From positions 186,001 through 250,000 of IMG/VR virus record IMGVR_UViG_3300042010_000106: a stretch of 64,000 nt of DNA. The stretch is one strand, 5' to 3'. Numbering within the stretch: the stretch's first letter is position 1; every line of letters begins with the position of its first letter. This document shows positions 45,154 through 52,979 of this stretch, in pieces. The notes below the pieces were generated by a model. That model was given only the letters and a program-made list of their open reading frames with translations. It searched no databases and was not told where the DNA came from. The position numbers and the translations under genes are program-made.

Positions 45154-45696
45154 TTATTCGTCGTCGTCTTCGTCTTCGTCGTCTTCTTCTTCTTCTTCGT
45201 CGTCTTCTTCTTCTTCGTCGTCTTCTTCTTCGTCTTCGTCGTCGTCGTCTTCTTCGTCTTCGTCGTCTTCTTCGTCGTCTTCTTCGTCTTCGTCGTCTTC
45301 GTCTTCGTCGTCTTCTTCTTCTTCTTCGTCGTCTTCTTCTTCTTCGTCGTCTTCTTCTTCGTCTTCGTCGTCGTCGTCTTCTTCTTCGTCGTCTTCTTCG
45401 TCGTCTTCTTCTTCTTCGTCGTCTTCTTCGTCGTCTTCTTCTTCTTCTTCGTCGTCTTCGTCGTCGTCGGACTCTTCAGCCTCTTCACGTTCCGAATCTA
45501 CGGAGTCGATGAATTCCAGAACGTCGTCGATGGTTTCCAGATCGTTGTCGGCCAGCGTAACCATGACCTGACGCAGAATGTCGAAGTTCAGCAGGTTCAG
45601 TGCATCGAGGCTCACTTGTGGTTTGGCTTTGCCTTTACCTTTTGCAGCGGCTTTCTTTGCAGGGGCTTTCTTTGCAGCAGCTTTCTTACCAGCCAT
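45154..45696 (-). CDS. protein with basic N-terminus and 104-residue poly-D/E tail
   Basis: MAGKKAAAKKAPAKK; short helical core; residues 77-180 only D/E; GGAG RBS. Confidence 0.8.
   Translation of the reverse strand: MAGKKAAAKKAPAKKAAAKGKGKAKPQVSLDALNLLNFDILRQVMVTLADNDLETIDDVLEFIDSVDSEREEAEESDDDEDDEEEEEDDEEDDEEEEDDEEDDEEEDDDDEDEEEDDEEEEDDEEEEEDDEDEDDEDEEDDEEDDEDEEDDDDEDEEEDDEEEEDDEEEEEDDEDEDDDE
45157..45468 (-). repeat. 312-nt (GAA/GAC)n codon tract with internal direct repeat
   Basis: Only two codons used; DDDDEDEEEDDEEEEDDEEEEEDDEDEDD occurs twice. Confidence 0.9.
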
Positions 45697-45877
45697 GTTT
45701 GTAACTCCGATTTATCTAGTGAGGTGTTATTGCGAATTAAGTATGCGGGCAGATTCACTTAACCTGAACCTGTCCACACTTTACAGTTTTCGTGTGAGGC
45801 GATTTCGCTGTATGCGCAACGAGGTTCGCCACTAACCTTTACAGTTTGTTAGAAGTCGTCAACACGTCGAGTGCGAC

Positions 45878-46453
45878 TTACTTCTTTTTTGCTTTTTTGC
45901 CACCGTCTTTGATGTCGGTAACTTTAGCTTTTTTCTTGCCTTCTTTTTCAGAAGAAGCTTTTGCACCGCGTCCGGATTGTTGCGAACCTTCCAGATCCAG
46001 CGCTTTGATTTCGTAAGAAACCTTGTCGTTGCTGGTGTACTTTACAGTTTCGCCATTGCCAGTTACGACGATGGTGTCACCTTCGAACTTCAGCACGCCG
46101 GTTGCTTCGGTGAACTTGCGACGTTGCAGAACGGTAATGCTACCGATTTCGTCAACCTTGCCGAGCTGTTCCAGAACATCGCTGTTGGCGAAAACGGAAA
46201 CGGCCATTTTCTTCGAAGCAGAAGAAACTTTGTGACGGAAAACGGTGTGCGTATCGGAACGCAGAACCAGATAGCCCGGAATTTCAACCGGCATGGTGGA
46301 GAAACCGGTTACGGTGAACAGGCCGCTCTTCATGCTGAATGGAGTTTTTGCGCTGGTGCCAGTCAGTTTGCGTTCCAGTTTGGTGGTACGCGAAACTTTA
46401 GTACGTGCAACGCCCGGTTTTGCGCCTTTGGTTTTGCTTTCAGTCTTAGCCAT
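45878..46453 (-). CDS. beta-rich hypothetical protein with K-rich termini
   Basis: 191 aa; AGGA RBS. Confidence 0.7.
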   Translation of the reverse strand: MAKTESKTKGAKPGVARTKVSRTTKLERKLTGTSAKTPFSMKSGLFTVTGFSTMPVEIPGYLVLRSDTHTVFRHKVSSASKKMAVSVFANSDVLEQLGKVDEIGSITVLQRRKFTEATGVLKFEGDTIVVTGNGETVKYTSNDKVSYEIKALDLEGSQQSGRGAKASSEKEGKKKAKVTDIKDGGKKAKKK

Positions 46454-46472
46454 GATTCTTTACTTCCTTACT

Positions 46473-47354
46473 TTACAGTTTTTTAGTGAGGTTAATGCTA
46501 ACGCCAATGTTAGCACTCGCCGGGAGGTGTTCTGCATGTGTTACCGCTTGAACGCTTGCGGAAATGTCGTCTGCACAAAGTGCGTTGAACAGTTCCAGAA
46601 CGCTTGGACGTGTCTTGAAATTAGCTACGTCAAAAACGATGTCGAGCGACGTTTCAATTCCTGTTGCTTTCATGAGGTTCCGAACAACCTTGGCGTAGGA
46701 AGCAGAAACATCAGAAAGTTTTGCAGAACTGTCGGTCAACCCGGCAGCATGAACGTAAACGCTAACGATCAGCTCTACGTCATTTACAGTTTGGTGCGAA
46801 GCGGTTTGCGATACCTTGTTGGAAATCGCTACGCTCGTTGTGTAGAAATCAGAACGACTGATTGCGTATTCTTCACCGGGCGCTTCGAAAGCTGCACCGG
46901 CAAAGCTATCAACCAATTGTTTTTGAATTTGTTTCAGCAGTGCATCAGCACGTGCGTTGATTTGTTCGTCATCCGCTGCGAGGAAAACGTAATTGGTTGC
47001 TTCCATGCCTTTCAGCATGTCATACAGCGCAGTCAGAGGTTTGATTGCAATGCCATTCTTGGCGAGCGAAAGAGGACGCAGCAAACTATAGGTTTGTCCG
47101 TCTTCCTCGTATTCTTTTACAGTTTCCACAACGGAGTTAACAAAGTTATCGACAGCGCCGATAAAGATTTCAACACGTGGAATGAAACGCACAGGCCATT
47201 CATATGCGTAGGTGCCTTGCACCGGGGTGAAATCGTTGGTGTTACGCGGGGCCGCTGTTACAGCCGGTTGCGGTGCTTCGCCCAAACGACGTTCACGCAT
47301 TGCAATCTGTGTGGTCTGGTGAATTTGTGGGTCAAGAACTTCTAATTCGTTCAT
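46473..47354 (-). CDS. hypothetical protein
   Basis: 293 aa; GAGG RBS. Confidence 0.7.
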   Translation of the reverse strand: MNELEVLDPQIHQTTQIAMRERRLGEAPQPAVTAAPRNTNDFTPVQGTYAYEWPVRFIPRVEIFIGAVDNFVNSVVETVKEYEEDGQTYSLLRPLSLAKNGIAIKPLTALYDMLKGMEATNYVFLAADDEQINARADALLKQIQKQLVDSFAGAAFEAPGEEYAISRSDFYTTSVAISNKVSQTASHQTVNDVELIVSVYVHAAGLTDSSAKLSDVSASYAKVVRNLMKATGIETSLDIVFDVANFKTRPSVLELFNALCADDISASVQAVTHAEHLPASANIGVSINLTKKL

Positions 47355-48637
47355 ACATCAATCCTCGAAACGTCGATAAAGCGAACACTTGCGGTTGCGC
47401 TTGGGTGATAGATAAGGGCTTCTACTTTCGCGTCTAACGCTTTCTCAAATAACTTTACAGTTTTTGATACGTCGCTAGTTTCAGCAATGTGACCCACGCA
47501 CTCTAGTGCAGGATGGTTTGTACTCATGAATCCCAACGATTGCAAATGCGCACGATGGGTACGGCACAATTCCAACGTAAACAAACCGCGCCGGTTCCAT
47601 TTATAGAGTTCGTGCGCGACATAACGCAGCTTAGCTTTAGGACGCGTTAGCGTATACGCTTCATACTCGGCTTGAGGATTCGCGTTCTTTACTACGTCTG
47701 CATATTCCGCCGCTTTACGACGGGCTTTGATCAACTCATTACGAACTTGTGCCGGTGGTTGCTGGCCGTTATCCGTATAGCGTTTCGTTGATCGTTCATG
47801 TCTGTTTACAGTTTTTTCAGCCTCGGCCAAAGCTTCGATATAAAAGCCGATATCAAATGATTCACGCGTACGTTCAACGGTATCGTCATCGAGGTATGCG
47901 CGAAGCTGTTCATGCGCGTCAATCTTGCCTTTGCCGATTGATTCAGGCACATAAATTGTTGCAGCAACAACGTACATCGAATTCTGTCCGAATGGTTCGT
48001 ACGAATTGATAATTACTTTGTCGCGGAGTTCACCAAACGCACGCGGAAATCCAAGGTCAATCAGTTTGTCGATTGCCAAGAAAATATCCTCACCGTCGCG
48101 ATAGAAACCAGCGTACAGGTGCGGGACATAACCGGGAACGTGACGATAGATCAAATACACGCGCACGCCTTTCAAACGCGGCGCAACGAACATGCCGGGT
48201 TTGAGTTCGGATTGGTGTTTGTGGTCGTGAATTTGGTCAATGATGTTTAGGCAGGGGTATATCAGGCTATCCGGGTAAATTTCAGCGGGGGCGGCGTGGG
48301 CATGCTTCAAAGCCTCTTCACAGGACGCGTCAAAGGGCTTTGTAGCGTGTACTAACGTGGCGTGGGCCGTCCACACCTTCGCCAGCTCTTCGTTGTATGG
48401 TAAGCCGTAGCCAACGTTATAGAGCATGGCAACCGTAACCATGTCGGGCAGACTACCCGCCGAGGCACGTTTAACGATGTTCAACAATTCAGTCTTTTTC
48501 ATGCGGACATCGACCGTAAGGCGCTGGTGTGCAACGCGCCCCATGTATTCATAGGTAAACGAATGCACGTGATTGGACACTTCACAGATTTGCAAAATGC
48601 CCTGTTCATGGAGCCGGTGAATTGTGCTAGTCAGCAT
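47351..48637 (-). CDS. degenerate NAD-dependent DNA ligase adenylation-domain-like protein with a Sel1-like repeat
   Basis: FVAPRLKGVRVYLIY aligns to LigA motif I (EPKIDG..SLLY) without catalytic K; HLQSLGF; VAMLYNVGYGLPYNEELAKVW Sel1-like. Confidence 0.45.
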   Translation of the reverse strand: MLTSTIHRLHEQGILQICEVSNHVHSFTYEYMGRVAHQRLTVDVRMKKTELLNIVKRASAGSLPDMVTVAMLYNVGYGLPYNEELAKVWTAHATLVHATKPFDASCEEALKHAHAAPAEIYPDSLIYPCLNIIDQIHDHKHQSELKPGMFVAPRLKGVRVYLIYRHVPGYVPHLYAGFYRDGEDIFLAIDKLIDLGFPRAFGELRDKVIINSYEPFGQNSMYVVAATIYVPESIGKGKIDAHEQLRAYLDDDTVERTRESFDIGFYIEALAEAEKTVNRHERSTKRYTDNGQQPPAQVRNELIKARRKAAEYADVVKNANPQAEYEAYTLTRPKAKLRYVAHELYKWNRRGLFTLELCRTHRAHLQSLGFMSTNHPALECVGHIAETSDVSKTVKLFEKALDAKVEALIYHPSATASVRFIDVSRIDV

Positions 48638-48869
48638 TGGCGTTACTCACAACTTGATTTATTACATCGCGATACTTTTCGAGCGCGTGCGTTTTCACAA
48701 CGAGCAGTGCCCCATCTTTACAGGGCATGATTTGTATCACGGTTGGGCATTGCATTGTTAAGGCAGCAGCGGCATCTTCAGCCGATACGCTCATGGTATT
48801 ACCAACAAAAAAGATTTCGTCTTCTGCTGACAATCCCAAAATATAAGTCAAAAGATCCGCTGCTTCCAT
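48627..48869 (-). CDS. hypothetical protein
   Basis: 80-aa ORF. Confidence 0.55.
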   Translation of the reverse strand: MEAADLLTYILGLSAEDEIFFVGNTMSVSAEDAAAALTMQCPTVIQIMPCKDGALLVVKTHALEKYRDVINQVVSNANAD

Positions 48870-48875
48870 TTTCGT

Positions 48876-49319
48876 TTACGCCTGTACCATTGCGACGATA
48901 TCAGCACCCGACATGAAAATCTTGTCGTTGTTTGCGTGCACTATGAAACCGCCGTCCGTTTCCTGAATGTAATAGGAAATCTTGCCTTGTCGAAGCACAA
49001 CAGATTTGCCCATCGTTTTACCGCCGATGCTGCGCGCCAGTTCTGCGACAGCGTGCGATGGTTCCTTTACAGTTTCGGAAAAGAATTCCAGAAACTTTGG
49101 AAGGTCAGCGAAACGATGCACGTAGCCGTACGTTTCCAGCTTAACGATACTGCCTTCGTGTTCAACGGTTACGGTCGCTTCGTACTGCGGCGTTTTGATG
49201 TTCACGTGCGGGCCAATCAGGCCGGTGTAAACAGCTTCGTGGCTGAAATCCCCGCCGTGGTTGGTGTGGGCCAGTTGCAAGGCCAAATCAATGTTGTGGA
49301 TCTTTTGGGAACGGTTCAT
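48876..49319 (-). CDS. hypothetical protein
   Basis: 147-aa ORF with AGGA RBS. Confidence 0.65.
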   Translation of the reverse strand: MNRSQKIHNIDLALQLAHTNHGGDFSHEAVYTGLIGPHVNIKTPQYEATVTVEHEGSIVKLETYGYVHRFADLPKFLEFFSETVKEPSHAVAELARSIGGKTMGKSVVLRQGKISYYIQETDGGFIVHANNDKIFMSGADIVAMVQA

Positions 49320-49341
49320 TTTTTCCTACTCCAGATTACGC

Positions 49342-49374
49342 AAAAAGGGAATACACCGTAAAAGTGCATTCCCC
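49342..49374 (-). terminator. rho-independent terminator
   Basis: GGGAATGCAC-loop-GTGTATTCCC then TTTTT. Confidence 0.75.
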
Positions 49375-49386
49375 TTCGCGAATTGA

Positions 49387-50739
49387 TTACAAGTTGTTGA
49401 GGTGGTCAATGACGGTTTGCATGCTGCCAGTTTCCAGCTCTACTTCACCGTTGTTTTCCAGACGGTACTTGTCGATTTCTTTTACGTTCGCAAACATTTC
49501 GCGACGGATAGTCAGACGCAGGTTGTAATCAACGTCACGCATGCCGACGCCGTTATCGTTGGGAACAACGCGAGACATAAGAATGACCAGCGCGCCATCG
49601 GTGATTTCCGAGGCTGTATCGTTCGGCAACTTCGCCGCAATTTCTTGCAGGATTTGCGCGAAACGTTCGGCGTGTTCATCAGCTTCACTTACCGCTGCTT
49701 CTGCAATCGCCGCATCAGGTGCACGTTCGCCGCCCATTGGTGCAACGCGGGCAGGTTCTTCGGTCACAACGGTTTCAACCGGTGTTTCGATTTCAACGGT
49801 TGGCGCCGCTACTTCGTCTTCAGTTGGGAACGCGTCCGGCTCTTCTTCTGCAAAGAAAGTGTCGGGTTCGTCTTCACTGAAAATTTGTTCAACTTCAGTT
49901 TTGGCCGGTGGCGCTTTGAATTCTTCGTACAATTCCAGAACGCGGTTAACAACCGACATCGGGAAATCACTCACGTCGTTGAATTCGACAAACGAATCGA
50001 ATTGTTCAACACCGGTTTCCAGCTTAACGCGAATGAACGCGACGGCTTCTTCGTCCTTACGCAGAACGTCGAGGTTTTCGAGCTGTTCAACGGTCAGCAT
50101 ATCTTCGTTGAACGGTTCGTCTTGAACAACGTCGCCGGTTGCATTCAAACCGGTATCTTCAGCTTCGAAGGTTTCCGGTTCTTCGTCGTCTTCTTCGACT
50201 TCAGGCGCCAGTTCGACAGGGCCGGTCGCATGGAAGCCTTGAGGGCCACCATTAGCAGGTGCTACAGGCTCGCTAGGGGCGATTGGTTGTTCAACCGGGG
50301 CCGGTGCATTGTCGGCGTTCGGAACGAGCGACAGCGGATGCACAGAAGCCGTGCGGCGTGGCTCTTCGTCTTCCACGGTGAACAGGGTTTCGATTGCCGA
50401 CATCGCCACGTCTTCAGACGCCAGATAAACGACGATCAAACCGGAATCTTCGTCATGCGCCACGTTTACGAAAATGCCGACGTACTGTTGCGTAATGTCA
50501 GCGGCAGCGCTGTAGGCGAATTCCAATTGTTCGGCGAACGAAATCAATTCGAACGTCGGCAATTCCAAACGGTACAGGTAAACCGTTTCGTCGGTGGTCA
50601 GATCCAGCAGCACTGGATCGAAACCCAACCATTGCAGAAGGTGTTCTGCTTTGGTGTCGAGGGCCTTTTGCATTTCGCTGAAAAAGAAAGCCTGCGCTTG
50701 GTTGTAAGTGCTGGCTTTCAAAGTCTCAATGTATTTCAT
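49387..50739 (-). CDS. acidic multidomain hypothetical protein
   Basis: 450 aa; E/D/P-rich linkers with EPETF/EPDTF/EPDAF motifs. Confidence 0.75.
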   Translation of the reverse strand: MKYIETLKASTYNQAQAFFFSEMQKALDTKAEHLLQWLGFDPVLLDLTTDETVYLYRLELPTFELISFAEQLEFAYSAAADITQQYVGIFVNVAHDEDSGLIVVYLASEDVAMSAIETLFTVEDEEPRRTASVHPLSLVPNADNAPAPVEQPIAPSEPVAPANGGPQGFHATGPVELAPEVEEDDEEPETFEAEDTGLNATGDVVQDEPFNEDMLTVEQLENLDVLRKDEEAVAFIRVKLETGVEQFDSFVEFNDVSDFPMSVVNRVLELYEEFKAPPAKTEVEQIFSEDEPDTFFAEEEPDAFPTEDEVAAPTVEIETPVETVVTEEPARVAPMGGERAPDAAIAEAAVSEADEHAERFAQILQEIAAKLPNDTASEITDGALVILMSRVVPNDNGVGMRDVDYNLRLTIRREMFANVKEIDKYRLENNGEVELETGSMQTVIDHLNNL

Positions 50740-50763
50740 TTCGGTAAGCCTCTAAATCGAATG

Positions 50764-50789
50764 AATAACGGCGGGGTTTAATCCGCCGT
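50764..50789 (-). terminator. possible terminator or attenuating hairpin
   Basis: ACGGCGG-loop-CCGCCGT followed by weak TATT. Confidence 0.4.
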
Positions 50790-50802
50790 ATTGCCGTTGG
50801 TC

Positions 50803-52644
50803 TTACTCGCCTTCTTGCACAGCAGCCAGAAGGGATTCCAGATTCACGCCAGCTTTTGCAACTGGTTTATCCATACCGACCAGCAGAGGCGAACCGTCTT
50901 TGTTCAGGCCGACCAGAATGTATTGCTTGTCTTCCATTGCAACGGTGTGGCCCGGTTCGATTTCGTAACCGATGATATCGAACACGTCTTGAGTTGCGTA
51001 CCACAGCTTAACGTAAGCGGTGATGTTGCGACCCGGCATCAGTTTTTCCAGACGGGCTTTTGCGTTTTCAACGAGTTCGGTAACGTCGAGCGGGAAAGTG
51101 GTTTCGGCTTCTTCTTCCTCTTCGAAAGATTCAGGCTCTTCCTCTTCTTCGTCTTCGTCGTCGAAGGTTTCCGGCTCTTCTTCTTCGTCGTCTTCGTCTT
51201 CTTCGTCGAAGGTTTCCGGCTCTTCTTCTTCGTCGCCTACTTCCGGCTCTTCCTCTTCTTCGTCTTCTTCCTGTTCCAGCAATTCATGCGATTCGAAATC
51301 CGCAGGCTTGCCAGTCGGCGCAACGTGACCTTGCGATTCTTGCAGTTTCGCAAAACCGTTTTCCAGCTCTTTTACTTTGCGTGCGATGTCGGCTTTGTTG
51401 GCGTCGGTCGCGGCGAAAGCGAAAGTAACGGTCATCATGTTGCTACCGTTCTGAGTTGCAGTCGCCGAAACCAGATCAATGTTATAGGCTTCTTGCAGAC
51501 CCATCAGAACGCATTCACGCAGGTGGTCTTTTACGTCCAGAGTGGTGTCGTAATCGAACGCGTCAACGTCCAGCTTTTTAACGGTTTGCGACGGCGCGGT
51601 ACGGTTGCGAGGAACAGCGGTGCCAGTGCGCGGCAAATCTTTACCGGTGTAAACGAAACCGGAACCGTCACGGGCGATTTCTTCAACGCTGCATTTGAAA
51701 CCGCGATCAGTTTCAACGGTGTTGTTTTTGAAAGTTTTGGTAACGGTGTGAGTTACCTTGCCGACTTTCAGCGCTTGGTTTTTCACTTCGTTACGGGACA
51801 CGGCAGCCGGTTTTTTCGCAGCAGCAGCTTTTGCGAGTGCAGCGGCGTGCAATTCTTCCAGCTCTTCGGCGTATTCGTCGGAGATTACAGCGAAGCCACC
51901 ACCGACCAGACTTTTGCGAACGTCTTCGATTTGGAATTCTTCACCGCTTTCAGTTACGCAGCGACCGGATTTGTAAGTGGTTTCAACGGTGAAATCTTCG
52001 CCGTCGATTGCAACGACTTTGCCGCGAATGTCTTTCGTGGTCAGCAGGCCGGGAGCGCTGAACAGGGTATCAACAGCATTTGCAGCGGTCGAAGCTTTTG
52101 CAGCCTTGGCAGGTTTTGCGGTCACGCCGCCTTTGGCAACAGCGCCACCTTTTGTAGCAGCAGCTTTTACAGCGCTTGCAGGAACGGCGGTTTTGTTGTC
52201 GGTGGTAACGAAGCCTTTGCCTTTACGAACGACGTTCGCCAGTTCGATACGTTGACCATCGGCCAGCACGACAATGCCTTTCGAACGGATTTGTTTTTCA
52301 ACGGCAACGCCGTTTACTTTTTTGCCGTCGAGTTCGTCAGCGGTAACAGCGGCGGCAGGTGCACGGCCAGCAGGAGCTTTTGCAGCAGGAGCAGCGGCAG
52401 CGGTTGCCTTCTTGCTGTTCTCGGCAGGAGCTTTTGCAGTTGCGCCTTTACCTGCAACGTCGATGAACAGACCTTTGCCGCGATTGTACAGATCAGCAGC
52501 CGGATATTCAGCGCCCGATTCGGTGCGGATGATCCCTTTGCTGGTCAGGTGTTTCACAATCACTTCTTGCACCTTGGTTTCTTTCGGGGTGCCTTTGCGG
52601 GAAATGATGTTCAGAGTACGGCCAGCGTGGTTAACAGTAGACAT
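50803..52644 (-). CDS. multidomain protein: four repeated beta modules, A/K-rich linkers, acidic tract
   Basis: Repeats KGIIRTESG..Y, KGIVVLADG..I, GRCVTESG..F, NTVETDRG each followed by G.GF; AGGAG RBS; strong codon bias suggests high expression. Confidence 0.8.
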   Translation of the reverse strand: MSTVNHAGRTLNIISRKGTPKETKVQEVIVKHLTSKGIIRTESGAEYPAADLYNRGKGLFIDVAGKGATAKAPAENSKKATAAAAPAAKAPAGRAPAAAVTADELDGKKVNGVAVEKQIRSKGIVVLADGQRIELANVVRKGKGFVTTDNKTAVPASAVKAAATKGGAVAKGGVTAKPAKAAKASTAANAVDTLFSAPGLLTTKDIRGKVVAIDGEDFTVETTYKSGRCVTESGEEFQIEDVRKSLVGGGFAVISDEYAEELEELHAAALAKAAAAKKPAAVSRNEVKNQALKVGKVTHTVTKTFKNNTVETDRGFKCSVEEIARDGSGFVYTGKDLPRTGTAVPRNRTAPSQTVKKLDVDAFDYDTTLDVKDHLRECVLMGLQEAYNIDLVSATATQNGSNMMTVTFAFAATDANKADIARKVKELENGFAKLQESQGHVAPTGKPADFESHELLEQEEDEEEEEPEVGDEEEEPETFDEEDEDDEEEEPETFDDEDEEEEEPESFEEEEEAETTFPLDVTELVENAKARLEKLMPGRNITAYVKLWYATQDVFDIIGYEIEPGHTVAMEDKQYILVGLNKDGSPLLVGMDKPVAKAGVNLESLLAAVQEGE

Positions 52645-52697
52645 GTGAATCTCCTAAACTTACCTAGAAATGTGAGTGCCTTTTAAATCGGGCATGG

Positions 52698-52930
52698 GTT
52701 TCGACGGTTCCAATCTATCAAACGGCTATTGAACAAGCAAGCGCTATTCAACGTAGGCAACCATTAACCATCTAATGGGCCTAACCATTTGAGCCAGTAG
52801 CATTGGAACGGGTAACGCTCATTGCTACGGCATCAACACTCAAGGGGTTCCGAGGCGCCTATATAGTGGGCTGTGAAACGAAACTTACCTTGATCCGTGA
52901 GCGTTACGCTTTAGGGTCGAAACGTTACGG
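52698..52930 (-). ncRNA. candidate structured ~230-nt leader RNA or ncRNA
   Basis: Nested helices 52698-52705/52916-52923, 52707-52714/52802-52809, 52812-52821/52898-52907 plus internal hairpins; begins just after a promoter. Confidence 0.55.
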
Positions 52931-52937
52931 ACGATTA

Positions 52938-52966
52938 AAGGTACAGCGGCACTCGGTATACGTCAA
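52938..52966 (-). promoter_or_regulatory. sigma70-type promoter
   Basis: TTGACG-N17-TACCTT on minus strand. Confidence 0.65.
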
Positions 52967-52979
52967 CGACTATTAGCCT

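Larger units (their letters stand above)
45780..49075 (-). repeat. cluster of oriented AAACTGTAAA 10-mers
   Basis: TTTACAGTTT on + strand at 45780, 45838, 46041, 46472, 46783, 47116, 47454, 47805, 49066; also 29954, 37252, 37892, 54650, 54835, 63428. Confidence 0.85.

Noticed and set aside
45157-45468. Repetitive tract as CRISPR array or non-coding microsatellite
   Set aside because: No repeat-spacer structure; it is in-frame coding sequence made of two codons
45132-45488. 118-aa K/T-rich ORF that looks histone-like
   Set aside because: It is the shifted frame of the GAA/GAC tract; the D/E frame has the RBS, a folded core and a proper start
52861-52900. CTGTGA...CGAAAC as hammerhead ribozyme core, or the region as tmRNA or tRNA
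   Set aside because: Lacks CUGANGA and stem II, is on the non-transcribed strand, and has no acceptor stem, T-loop or tag ORF
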